This document shows positions 37,342 to 46,884 of a stretch of 64,000 bases of DNA, one piece after another. The translations under genes were made by a program, and so were the position numbers. The notes under the pieces are model-generated. The model saw nothing but the letters and a program-made list of their open reading frames with translations, was not told the origin of the DNA and did not search any database. The stretch's first letter is position 1. Every line of letters begins with the position of its first letter. The DNA lies in assembly GCA_039586795.1 (NCBI GenBank), contig JBDHJS010000006.1, forward strand, positions 32,001 through 96,000, given 5' to 3'. The DNA comes from Gemmatimonadota bacterium (lineage in GTDB: Bacteria; Gemmatimonadota; Gemmatimonadetes; Palauibacterales; KS3-K002).

Positions 37342-39990
37342 ATGCCCTCGGAAACCTGTATCCACTGTTCCACCCCGCTTCCCGACGGCAGCCAGCTGTG
37401 CGCCCAGTGCGGCACGCCGGTGCCGGGCAGCAGCTACTCGGATATGCCGACCCTCACCCCGCAGGGTCGGGAGATCTTCGAGCGGCTGCAGGAGGCGACC
37501 GAGGGGAAGTACGAGATCTTCCGCGAACTGGGCCGGGGCGGCATGGCCTTCGTTTTCCTTGGCCGTCAGAAGTCTCTCGATCGTCTGGTCGCCATCAAGG
37601 TCTTGCTTCCGATGCTTGCCTACGATCCCGAGCTCGTCGAGCGCTTCATGCGGGAGGCCAAGACCCAGGGCAAGCTCGACCATCCGAACATCATCAACGT
37701 GTTCGAAGTCTATAACGAGAGCGGACTCAGTTTCTTCACCGTGCCCTTCATTCAGGGACAGAGTCTGCGGGGTTACCTGAAGGACAATCTCCAGCCGCCG
37801 ATCCCCAAGATCCGACGCTACATCGCCCAGGCCGCCGATGCCCTCGCCTACGCGCACAGGCGCGGCGTGGTCCACCGGGACATCAAGCCGGACAACATGC
37901 TCATCGACGGCGAGCGGGACCGCATCGTCATCACCGACTTCGGGATCGCCAAGGCGCTGCAGGCGGAGACGACGCTGACCACGCCGGGCGATCTGTTGGG
38001 TACGCCGCAGTACATGTCGCCGGAGCAGGGAGAGGGGCGGCAGGATCTCGATGGACGCGCCGACCAGTATTCCCTCGCCCTGATCGCGTGGGAGATGCTC
38101 GCTGGACGACGGCCCTTCCAGGCCGACAATCTGGCCGAGCTCATGTACCTGCACCGCTTCGAGGAGCCCGACGACATCGACGAGATCCGGCCGGATGCGC
38201 CTCGCAACATGCGAGCCGCGATCAAGCGCTCGATCTCGAAGGATCGGGAAGAGCGGTTCGCCTCGATGATCGAGTTCCAGGAGGCGTTCGAGGCGCCCGA
38301 TGATGTCGTTGTCGAAGCTCCGGCGGCGAAGCAAGAGCCACCGACGGGACTGGACGAAGAGACCATCCGCATCCCCACACCCACCAGTCTGAGGGAAAAG
38401 GTCGCACCTCCCGAGGATGCGGAGGCCACCGAGGCGTGGACGCCGTCCGATGAGAAGATGCCATGGGACCAGACGGCCACTCCGGCGACGCCGGCAGCCG
38501 CAGCGCCCGCAACGGTCGATGAGTCCGACACCGTACTCCTCCAGACGGGCGAGCCCCGCAAGAGATCGCGTATTGGACTGCTCGTCGGCGGGAGCATGGT
38601 TGTCGTCGTTGCCGCTGCCCTCGTGTTCGTCTTCGACCCGTTCCAGATCGGCCAGGAGGCGTTCCGTGGTCCCGTCACGGCGCAGCCCGGGACGGAAACG
38701 CCCCAGGGCACGCAAGACGACAGGGAAGGCGGCGCTGAGGGCGGCGGTCAGGACGATGCCGCGCTGGCCACGGTCGACCCAGCCGGCGGCGGTACGCCCG
38801 AGGGTGGCGAGACGCCGGGCGGGACCGGTGAAGGCGGCGGCGCTCAGACCGGCGGCGCCCAGGTGGGCGATACCCCGACCGACGATACCCCGGTGGATGC
38901 TGGGCAGGGCGAGGTCGAACCGCCGGACGATTCCCGGACGCAGTACGAGGCTGAGCAGGCGCGTAATGCGCGCCGTAGTGCTTCAGACTGGCGGGACGCG
39001 GCGATCACCGCCGGCGCGGCGACGCTTCTGCAGCCGCGGCTCGATTCCCTCGATAGCGTTCTTGCGGAGGCCGATCGGCAGATCGCCGACGGCAACTACG
39101 CGGCGGCGCGCGCCAGCCTGTCCGAGCTGATCCGAGGCTACACCGCGCTAAGAAACGACGCATCCAGCGCATCGGATGCGGCGGACGCGGTGCGCACGGC
39201 CGCCACCCAGGCGCGTCGGTCGGCGCTCGCGCAGCAGTCGAACGTCGTCCAGGCCGGCGGCGAGGTGTTTCTGGCCAGCGAGCTTCAGGCGTTGAACGGT
39301 CGAATGCAGCAAGCGCAAACCGCCCTCGACGATGAGCGTTTCGAGGACGCTAGCGATATGTACACGCAGTTGGCCACCGAACTGGAGGCGCTCGCCTCTC
39401 GGGTGCTCACTGAAGGCGCGGCCTCGGCGCGAGCGGCGCAGCAGGAGATGGAAGGCCAACGCACGGCGGCGAACGACGCGGGCGCCAACGAGTATGTGCC
39501 GGAGGACTTGGCGAACGCCGACGCGATTCGCATCAGCGCGATGACCGCGCAAGGAGAGGAGCGCTACGCCGATGCCGTCACGCTCTTCGCACAGGCGCGG
39601 GACGCCTACACTCAGGTCGCGATCGATGCCGCTGCCGCGGTTCCGGTGCTCAGTGCGGAAGATCAGGTGTCGGCTCTGATCGAGCAGTTCCGTGTTCTGT
39701 TCGAGCAGGAAGAGATCGGTCGCATGGGGTCCGAGCTGTACGGTGGTGAGGTGCCCGAGTCGGATGCCGACCTGATGAACTACATCTTCGGCCTCGCCGA
39801 AGGCATCAGCGCGACATCGACGGTGGAAAGGCTCGAGGTCGAAGGGAACACGGCCACAGCCGATATCCGCCTCGACCTCGATTTTCGCAACCAGCGGACC
39901 GGAAGCAACCAGGACATGGACATGAGGCTACGCCTCGACTTCCAGTCCGCTTCCGACGGTTGGCGCCTGCGAAGCCTTCGCCGGCGCTAG
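37342..39990 (+). CDS. Membrane Hanks-type Ser/Thr kinase with N-terminal zinc ribbon, copy 1
   Basis: CxxC..CxxCG, LGRGGM, VAIK, HRDIKPDN, DFG, GTPQYMSPEQ, TM helix, helical repeats, C-terminal SnoaL/NTF2-like domain ending GWRL. Confidence 0.9.
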   Translation: MPSETCIHCSTPLPDGSQLCAQCGTPVPGSSYSDMPTLTPQGREIFERLQEATEGKYEIFRELGRGGMAFVFLGRQKSLDRLVAIKVLLPMLAYDPELVERFMREAKTQGKLDHPNIINVFEVYNESGLSFFTVPFIQGQSLRGYLKDNLQPPIPKIRRYIAQAADALAYAHRRGVVHRDIKPDNMLIDGERDRIVITDFGIAKALQAETTLTTPGDLLGTPQYMSPEQGEGRQDLDGRADQYSLALIAWEMLAGRRPFQADNLAELMYLHRFEEPDDIDEIRPDAPRNMRAAIKRSISKDREERFASMIEFQEAFEAPDDVVVEAPAAKQEPPTGLDEETIRIPTPTSLREKVAPPEDAEATEAWTPSDEKMPWDQTATPATPAAAAPATVDESDTVLLQTGEPRKRSRIGLLVGGSMVVVVAAALVFVFDPFQIGQEAFRGPVTAQPGTETPQGTQDDREGGAEGGGQDDAALATVDPAGGGTPEGGETPGGTGEGGGAQTGGAQVGDTPTDDTPVDAGQGEVEPPDDSRTQYEAEQARNARRSASDWRDAAITAGAATLLQPRLDSLDSVLAEADRQIADGNYAAARASLSELIRGYTALRNDASSASDAADAVRTAATQARRSALAQQSNVVQAGGEVFLASELQALNGRMQQAQTALDDERFEDASDMYTQLATELEALASRVLTEGAASARAAQQEMEGQRTAANDAGANEYVPEDLANADAIRISAMTAQGEERYADAVTLFAQARDAYTQVAIDAAAAVPVLSAEDQVSALIEQFRVLFEQEEIGRMGSELYGGEVPESDADLMNYIFGLAEGISATSTVERLEVEGNTATADIRLDLDFRNQRTGSNQDMDMRLRLDFQSASDGWRLRSLRRR

Positions 39991-40649
39991 GACCCGCCGA
40001 AGAAGTATTCGATTCCTATCGTCAGCTGAATATCGTTCTGAATCCTCGCGTCGCCCACAAGGTCGTCCTCTTTGTAGGACGATATATAGTCCTTGAAGTC
40101 GCCTCTAATGTTGAAGTGCCTGGCCACCGAGTACTTCAGACCCAGACCGATCACTCCGGCGATATCCGTCGGCTTGTCAAACGTTCCGCCGACAGACTCC
40201 AGCGCCGGTTCCATGAAGTCGTCGATCCAGGATCCGCTTCGACTGACCACGCCAACACCGCCGGACAGATACACGGCCAGCGGCTCCAACGGTGGCTTGA
40301 TGAACGCCCAAACCACGTTGAGGCTCCCCATGAACAAGCTGCCGGAGAACGTCGTGTCGATGAAAGCGTTGCCCAGCTGAGCCAGTCGGATTCGCACGTC
40401 GCTGGACACACCGCTGGCCTCCAGCTCGATCCCGATCCGGTCCGAGGGCCACACGGCAATTCGGGCGCCCACCGTACCCCCGATCTTCTGACCGAACCGG
40501 AGGAATACGTCGGTTTCGACCTGGTCGTACAGGTCGTTCGTCGCGTCGTACAGTCCACCGTACAGGCCGAGGGTGAACTGCTGGGCGGCGAGTGCCGACG
40601 GCAACATGAGGAAGAGAGCCGCGAGTACTACGGCACGGAATCGAGGCAT
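39987..40649 (-). CDS. Outer-membrane beta-barrel protein (small OmpA/OmpW-like), copy 1
   Basis: Signal peptide ALA|AQ, alternating beta strands, YLSGGVG, GLGLKY, terminal IGIEYFF; GGAGG RBS. Confidence 0.7.
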   Translation of the reverse strand: MPRFRAVVLAALFLMLPSALAAQQFTLGLYGGLYDATNDLYDQVETDVFLRFGQKIGGTVGARIAVWPSDRIGIELEASGVSSDVRIRLAQLGNAFIDTTFSGSLFMGSLNVVWAFIKPPLEPLAVYLSGGVGVVSRSGSWIDDFMEPALESVGGTFDKPTDIAGVIGLGLKYSVARHFNIRGDFKDYISSYKEDDLVGDARIQNDIQLTIGIEYFFGGS

Positions 40650-40828
40650 AGGAACCTCCGAGCTTGTGGTCAGTGGGCTTTTGGACCGGCCCAAGATAGC
40701 ACCTCCGCGCAGCTACTGGAAAGTGGCAGCCCAAGTAGCTTGTCCTACCTCATTGCCCAAACTAACATTGGCTTATACAGGGGTGCTCTCCCGCGCCGCC
40801 AGGACGGTCGCGCTTCAACCGTTTGTCG

Positions 40829-42829
40829 ATGAACACATGCTCACTATGTGAGACCCAGCTGGCCGAGGACAGTCTCTTCTGTCCGCGGTGCGGCGCGCCT
40901 ACCGGCGGCGAGGACGAGCTCCTCGCCTCCTCGGCATCCGACCCCACCGGCCTGCTTGACCGCGTGCGCGAAGTCACCGATGGCGAGTTCACGATCATCC
41001 GTGAACTCGGTAGGGGTGGCATGGGACGGGTGTACCTCGCGCAGGAGATCGCCCTCGAGCGACGCGTGGCGATGAAGGTTCTACCGCCCACGTTGGCCGA
41101 GCAGCGCGAAGTCGTGGAGCGATTTCAGAGAGAGGCGCGTACCGCCGGCAAGCTCGTCCACCCGAATATCGTCCACGTCTACCAGGTCGTCGAACGCGGC
41201 GGTTTCTTCTTCTTCACCATGCCCTACGTCGCAGGACCGAACCTGCGGCAAGTCCTGCGATCAACGCCTCAGCTGGAGCCGGAGATCGGTGTTCGTTACC
41301 TGCAGGAGGCTGCCGCCGGGCTCGCCTACGCTCACGCCCGCGGTGTGATTCACAGAGACATCAAACCCGAGAACATGCTGATGGAGGGCAGCCGCGACGG
41401 TCGGCTGATGCTCACCGATTTCGGTATCGCCAAAGCGCTGGGCACCGTCACGACGCTGACGCAGCCCGGCGACGTGATGGGCACGCCTTACTACATGTCG
41501 CCCGAGCAGTGCGAGCAGCGTGATTCGATAGATGGCCGCAGTGATCAGTACTCGCTGGGACTCGTAGCCTACGAGATGTTTGCGGGCAAGTTCCCGTTTA
41601 GCGCCGACAGTCTTGCCGGCATCGTCTACAAGCACTTGCACGAGTATCCCGAGTCGCTCGACAAGCTCCGACCGGACGTGCCCCTCGATGTACGCCAGGT
41701 GATCGACAGATCAATCAGGAAAAAGCCGGACGAGCGCTTCGACTCGATGAACGAGATGCTCAAGACCATGGGCGCCCCGACGCCGGCGCTCGACGTTCAG
41801 CCGGCCACGGCGCCGCCCAGAAGCAAGAAACGCAGACTCGCTCTGGCCTTGGGCTCGCTCATCGCCGTGGCTGCCGTCACCGCCATCGGCATCGCCATCT
41901 CCCAGCGCTTCGACGCGTCTGAAGGCCCCGCGAGCTCGCCCGGGTCCGAGATCGAAACGTCCCTAGTCCCCGCTGGAGGCTCGCAAGACGACCCCATCGC
42001 CGTCATCGACTCCACTCCGGTACCCGAGGATCCGACCGCCGCGACTGATGAGCCGCAAGGCGAAACCCAGGTGCAAAGCGAACCAGTAAGTGCTGGGGAT
42101 CAGAGCGGGCAACCGGTCACTCCGGAAGCCGGTGACGAAGATCTGCAGACAGAGCGGCAGCGGGCCGAGTTGGCCCGTGAGTCTGCCAGCATCTTCCGGC
42201 AGTCAGCCATCAACGCCCATGCCGATTCGATATTTCCCGAGCGTCTGGCGATGCTGGACCAGCAGTTGGCCGACGCGGATCGCGCTCTGGAGGCGGGTGA
42301 AGTGGGGTTGGCGATCCTGAGTTTCTCAACTGTCTTGCGGGAGTTCGAGAACCTCGCCGAGTTGGCCCAGCGGCAACTCGACGATGCGGCCGCCAGCGAT
42401 GCGCAGGATGACGACACCACGGCGCCACCGGACAGCGCCAACCAGGATGAAGACGCACCGAACTCCGAGCCCGTGGCGCCTCCCGTACCGCCTGAAGTCG
42501 CGATCCGTGATCTGATCGAGACCTACCGCCTCGCCCTGGAGACCGAGGACACGGAACTACTCACTGCCGACGTTTATCGCGGGCCGATTCCCGAAGAAGA
42601 CGGCCGACTCTTCAGTTTCTGGCTCGATGCTGGCGAGGATTGGCAGATCACGATCACGCTGCGCGGTGACATCGACCTGAGTGACGACTCCGCTGAGGTT
42701 CACGTCCGACAGAACATGAAGTTCAAGCTATCGGCCACACGCGACGATCGTGATCTTAACGTCGACCTGATCATGAGCTTTGCTAATGTGGAAGGGAACT
42801 GGCGTGTAGTAAGGATCGCGCAGCGCTAG
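40829..42829 (+). CDS. Membrane Hanks-type Ser/Thr kinase with N-terminal zinc ribbon, copy 2
   Basis: CSLC..CPRCG, LGRGGMG, HRDIKPEN, DFG, GTPYYMSPEQ, TM helix, C-terminal domain ending GNWRV. Confidence 0.9.
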   Translation: MNTCSLCETQLAEDSLFCPRCGAPTGGEDELLASSASDPTGLLDRVREVTDGEFTIIRELGRGGMGRVYLAQEIALERRVAMKVLPPTLAEQREVVERFQREARTAGKLVHPNIVHVYQVVERGGFFFFTMPYVAGPNLRQVLRSTPQLEPEIGVRYLQEAAAGLAYAHARGVIHRDIKPENMLMEGSRDGRLMLTDFGIAKALGTVTTLTQPGDVMGTPYYMSPEQCEQRDSIDGRSDQYSLGLVAYEMFAGKFPFSADSLAGIVYKHLHEYPESLDKLRPDVPLDVRQVIDRSIRKKPDERFDSMNEMLKTMGAPTPALDVQPATAPPRSKKRRLALALGSLIAVAAVTAIGIAISQRFDASEGPASSPGSEIETSLVPAGGSQDDPIAVIDSTPVPEDPTAATDEPQGETQVQSEPVSAGDQSGQPVTPEAGDEDLQTERQRAELARESASIFRQSAINAHADSIFPERLAMLDQQLADADRALEAGEVGLAILSFSTVLREFENLAELAQRQLDDAAASDAQDDDTTAPPDSANQDEDAPNSEPVAPPVPPEVAIRDLIETYRLALETEDTELLTADVYRGPIPEEDGRLFSFWLDAGEDWQITITLRGDIDLSDDSAEVHVRQNMKFKLSATRDDRDLNVDLIMSFANVEGNWRVVRIAQR

Positions 42830-42835
42830 GCGCGG

Positions 42836-43477
42836 TTACTGCACGGCGGAAAACACGAAGTCAATTGCCAGCGAGATGACCAGATCGTTCTGCGTTTTGG
42901 GGCTGAAAGTGAAGCTTCCGATCGTCGGCTCGAACGTGTACAGATAGTCTCTTAGATCGAATCGCAGACCTAGCAACGGTGTCAGTCCGTACCGCATTCC
43001 TAGTCCGAACGTCCCTCCAAAGCTCGACGTCCCATCCCATTGTCTCCAGAAGTCGCCGTCTCGCGAGTTCCAACCTACGCCGGCCGACAAATAGAAGTAG
43101 AGTGGACTGAACGGCGCCTCGTAGAAGATCCACATCGCGTTCAGACTGGCGAGCAATACGGCGGACTTGTTGCTCTCTTCGGAGTCCGCCGCGAGCGGGA
43201 TGTTGAGGGTCGAGAACGCGTAGCCGGCTTCCAAGTCGATCGCTAGCTGTGACATCACCCGAACGGTGATGCGACCGCCGACCATCGGTGCCGTTTCCTG
43301 TCCTAGGTTGACGATGATGGGGCCCGTCGTGTCCCCGCTCAGTCGGATCTGGTCGAATAGCGCACTGGTGGGCAGGTAACCACCCATGAAGGCCGAGAGG
43401 CCGACCCGGACCTGGGTCTGCGCCGGTGTAGCGGTGATCGAGATCAGGGTGACGGCCAGCGCCAGCCTTCGAAGCAT
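42836..43477 (-). CDS. Outer-membrane beta-barrel protein, copy 2
   Basis: Signal peptide, YLSAGVG, GLGMRY, RFDLRDY, terminal LAIDFVF; GGAGG RBS. Confidence 0.7.
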   Translation of the reverse strand: MLRRLALAVTLISITATPAQTQVRVGLSAFMGGYLPTSALFDQIRLSGDTTGPIIVNLGQETAPMVGGRITVRVMSQLAIDLEAGYAFSTLNIPLAADSEESNKSAVLLASLNAMWIFYEAPFSPLYFYLSAGVGWNSRDGDFWRQWDGTSSFGGTFGLGMRYGLTPLLGLRFDLRDYLYTFEPTIGSFTFSPKTQNDLVISLAIDFVFSAVQ

Positions 43478-43653
43478 CAACGGCCTCCAGCCGTGTCGTG
43501 CGTTAACGTGCAATCGAGTGCTTCCCTGTGCTTCGGGCAGCGATGGGGAGTGCGTGCTCTATCTCGGGGTAGCAGGGGAGCAGCATACTAGTTGCCGAGC
43601 GGCCTTCCCGCAACGTTCTACACACCGACCCAACCCACGTTCCTCCGCGGGCC

Positions 43654-44478
43654 TCAGCGGGGCCCGGGTCCATAAAGGTCGTACCGCATGTCCCGCAGGA
43701 AAGGCACGTGCCGGCGCACCGCTTCGATTTGATCCAGGTCGATGTCGGTAACCAGGAGCGCCTCTTCGTCAGCTACAGCCCGGCTGAGCACCGCACCGCC
43801 AGGACCCGCGACGAAGCTCTCACCAAAGAAATGCAGCTCCTCGTCCATGCCGACCCGGTTCGCCACCGCGACGAATATCTGGTTCGCCACGGCCGACGCC
43901 TGAATCTCCAGTTCCCAGACATCCTTGAACGCCTGCTCCGACATCGATGTCGCCGTCGGAACGACGACCAGCTCGGCGCCACCCACGGCGAGCGCCCGAA
44001 AGTGCTCCGGGTAGTGTCGGTCATAACAGATCGCCACGCCGACTTTGCCGGCGCGCGTCTCGTGGACCGGCCACCCCGTATCACCCGGCCAGTAGTAGTA
44101 CTTCTCGTTGTAGCCCGGCTCCTCGCAGATGTGGAGCATCCGGCTCACGCCGACCAGGGTGCCGTCCGCATCGATGACCGGCGAAGAATCGTAGTAGCGT
44201 CCCGGCGCCGCTCGCTCGAACACGTTGATCACGGTGACCAGACCGTGACGCGCCGCCGCCTCCTGGAAGTGCCTGGTCGTCGGCCCCGGAATCGGCTCCG
44301 ACCAGTCGAAGTAGCTCGCGTCCGCCCGTATCTGCGGAAAGAAGAAGTCGAACGCCAACTCGGGGAACACGATCAGCTCGGCTCCCTCGTCCGCCGCCCG
44401 CGCCATCCACTCGAGCCCCTTTTCCCGACTCTTCTCCCGATCACCCACATGCTCAAACTGCGCACATGCCACGCGCAT
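43654..44478 (-). CDS. Carbon-nitrogen hydrolase (nitrilase superfamily; N-carbamoylputrescine amidase / beta-ureidopropionase-like)
   Basis: IVFPEL, EPIPGPTT, EKYYYWPGD, AICYDRHYPE, ANRVG, FFGES. Confidence 0.85.
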   Translation of the reverse strand: MRVACAQFEHVGDREKSREKGLEWMARAADEGAELIVFPELAFDFFFPQIRADASYFDWSEPIPGPTTRHFQEAAARHGLVTVINVFERAAPGRYYDSSPVIDADGTLVGVSRMLHICEEPGYNEKYYYWPGDTGWPVHETRAGKVGVAICYDRHYPEHFRALAVGGAELVVVPTATSMSEQAFKDVWELEIQASAVANQIFVAVANRVGMDEELHFFGESFVAGPGGAVLSRAVADEEALLVTDIDLDQIEAVRRHVPFLRDMRYDLYGPGPR

Positions 44479-44574
44479 CTATGGCCTCCTGTTTCTTGTT
44501 GGCTGATATGAATCGCCCTTTAGGACCCTGAGAGCAAGAGAGGGCATATAGGGAATAGGAACACATGTGAAGCG

Positions 44575-44682
44575 GATTCAACGATTGCGGATTCGAAATT
44601 CGAAAACTGTGAACGGCCACGGCAGGTCCGATCTCAACTCCCAACTCCAGAATCCGCAATCGTTGAATCAGCTTCGATAATT
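44575..44682. repeat. Family A inverted pair with no enclosed gene
   Basis: 20-bp perfect IR GATTCAACGATTGCGGATTC (44575-44594) / 44650-44669; 44660-44682 identical to 37184-37206. Confidence 0.85.
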
Positions 44683-44811
44683 CCGTTCACCTTGACACTT
44701 CACAGTTCCGAATTCACAATTCAGAATCACGAGCGCCGGACTCCCCGGGTCGTATCCGTGGGTAACCGGCCCTTTTGCTTACAAACCTTTCCAGGTATCG
44801 GAAGGTGTGTC

Positions 44812-46749
44812 ATGAGTGCAGAAAAGCTGAGTCTGGTCCTGCCAGACGGCAGCCAGATCGAGGTCGAGCCCGGCATCTCGGCCCGCGACCTGGCGGAGCA
44901 AGTGATCGGCGACAAGGCCCGACGGGCCATCGCCGCCAAGTTGGACGACGAGATCATCGATCTCGCCCGGCCCATCCAGCGTTCCGGCGACTTCAGGATC
45001 CTGTTCGAGAACGACGAAGACGAGGACTCGCTCTACGTGCTACGCCACTCGGCGGCGCACGTGCTTGCCACCGCGGTCCGCAGCATCTGGCCCAGTGCCG
45101 GCATCGGCTTCGGGCCTCCGATAGCCGACGGCTTCTACTACGACTTCGACGTCGAGACACCGTTCACTCCCGAGGACCTCGAGCGCATTGAGGAGCGCAT
45201 GGCCGAGGTCGTCGCCGGTGACGACGCGTTCGAGCGGAATGAAGTCGAGCGCGACGAGGCGCGGCAACTGTTCTACGACGATCCGTACAAACTCGAGCGG
45301 CTGGAGGAGATCGAGGAGGACGATGTCATCTCGGTCTATCGGGACGGTGAATTTCAGGATCTCTGCCGGGGGCCACATGTGCCGTCGACTGGTCGCGTCA
45401 AGAACTACAAGGTCCTCCATTCCGCCGGTGCCTACTGGAGGGGCGATGAGCGGCGCCCGATGCTTCAGCGCATCTACGGGACCAGCTTCTTCGACAAGAA
45501 GAACTTGCGGAAGCACCTCCACAGGCTCGAGGAGGCTCGCAAACGCGATCACCGAGTCATCGGCAAGGAGCTCGACCTGTTCAGCATCCAGGACGACGTT
45601 GGGCCGGGGCTGATCCACTGGCACCCGAAGGGCGCCATGGTCCAGTTCCTGATGCGGCGCTTCCTGGAAGACGAGCTGATGAAGCGGGGCTACGACTTTG
45701 TCTACACTCCGCACATCGCTCGGGAAGCGCTGTTCCGCCGATCGGGTCACCTTCAGGCCTATTCCGAGGTGATGTTTCCGCCCATGGAGAGCGAGGGGGA
45801 GAAAGAGAACTATCGGGTAAAACCGATGAATTGCCCCTCTCATATGGAGATCTACGCGGCCCGGCAGCGCAGCTACCGCGATCTACCGATCCGGTATTCC
45901 GAGATCGCCAGCGACTACCGAAACGAGAAGTCGGGCACTCTGCACGGCATGCTCCGCGTCCGGGGCCTGACCATGGACGATGCGCATATCTTCTGTCGGC
46001 CCGACCAAGTCGAGGACGAGATCTACGGCATGCTCGATCTCGTGGCTTACATCTACGGTACCTTCGGGCTCGTGTACCGGCTTGATTTTTCGACCCGTCC
46101 CGCAAAGCGCATCGGCTCGGATGAGGTATGGGATGAGGCGGAGAACGCGTTGCGCGCGGCGATCGAACGTCGCGGACTGACCTACAAGGTCGACCCGGGC
46201 GGCGGCGCGTTCTACGGCCCCAAGATCGACGTCAAGTTCCTCGACGCGATCGGGCGCGAGTGGCAGGGCTCGACCATCCAGCTCGACTTCGTTCTCCCGG
46301 AGCGCTTCGACCTGTCGTACATCGGTGCCGACAACCAGAAACATCGGCCGGCGATGATTCACCGCGCCATCTTCGGAACCTTCGAGCGGTTCATCGGTGG
46401 ACTGATCGAGCACTTCGCCGGCGCTTTCCCGGTCTGGCTCGCTCCCGTGCAGGCGCGGTTGGTGCCGGTGACCGACGATTTCGTTGACGCCGCCCGAAAG
46501 GTCGAGCAGGCGTTGGTCGAGGCCGGCCTCCGCGTCGAGTTGGACGACCGGGCCGAGACCGTCTCCTATCGGATTCGCGACGGCGAGCTGCAGAAAGTCC
46601 CGTACTTGGGCGTGATCGGCGAGCGGGAGGCCGAAGCTGGCACCGTCGCGGTGCGCAAACGCGGATCTGAAAAGAAGCAAGTCGTCATGCCGGTAGCGGA
46701 CTTCGTCCAGCAAGTAGAGGAGGAGAACCGCACCCGCGCCCTGACGTGA
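44812..46749 (+). CDS. thrS: Threonine--tRNA ligase
   Basis: TGS domain, LRHSAAH, DLCRGPH, KPMNCP, GAFYGPKID, MIHRA; ATG at 44812 after GGAAGGT. Confidence 0.98.
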   Translation: MSAEKLSLVLPDGSQIEVEPGISARDLAEQVIGDKARRAIAAKLDDEIIDLARPIQRSGDFRILFENDEDEDSLYVLRHSAAHVLATAVRSIWPSAGIGFGPPIADGFYYDFDVETPFTPEDLERIEERMAEVVAGDDAFERNEVERDEARQLFYDDPYKLERLEEIEEDDVISVYRDGEFQDLCRGPHVPSTGRVKNYKVLHSAGAYWRGDERRPMLQRIYGTSFFDKKNLRKHLHRLEEARKRDHRVIGKELDLFSIQDDVGPGLIHWHPKGAMVQFLMRRFLEDELMKRGYDFVYTPHIAREALFRRSGHLQAYSEVMFPPMESEGEKENYRVKPMNCPSHMEIYAARQRSYRDLPIRYSEIASDYRNEKSGTLHGMLRVRGLTMDDAHIFCRPDQVEDEIYGMLDLVAYIYGTFGLVYRLDFSTRPAKRIGSDEVWDEAENALRAAIERRGLTYKVDPGGGAFYGPKIDVKFLDAIGREWQGSTIQLDFVLPERFDLSYIGADNQKHRPAMIHRAIFGTFERFIGGLIEHFAGAFPVWLAPVQARLVPVTDDFVDAARKVEQALVEAGLRVELDDRAETVSYRIRDGELQKVPYLGVIGEREAEAGTVAVRKRGSEKKQVVMPVADFVQQVEEENRTRALT

Positions 46750-46805
46750 CCTCCTGCTCCGGCTCGTGCTCGTGATCGACAAGGACCACGAGCGCGAGCA
46801 GGAGG
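46750..46805. repeat. Hexamer-based hairpin (GCTCGT / ACGAGC) after thrS
   Basis: GCTCGTGCTCGTG (46762-46774) pairs with CACGAGCGCGAGC (46787-46799); outer CCTCCT/AGGAGG. Confidence 0.7.
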
Positions 46806-46884
46806 GATCGCGCGCCGAGAAGAAGCCTGTGACGGTTGACAATCGGCCGCGTTTGGCCAAGTTATTCGCCTTACAATGAGGAAA

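Noticed and set aside
44480..44811. T-box riboswitch upstream of thrS
   Set aside because: No T-box consensus (GGTGGNACCGCG) or specifier stem recognisable
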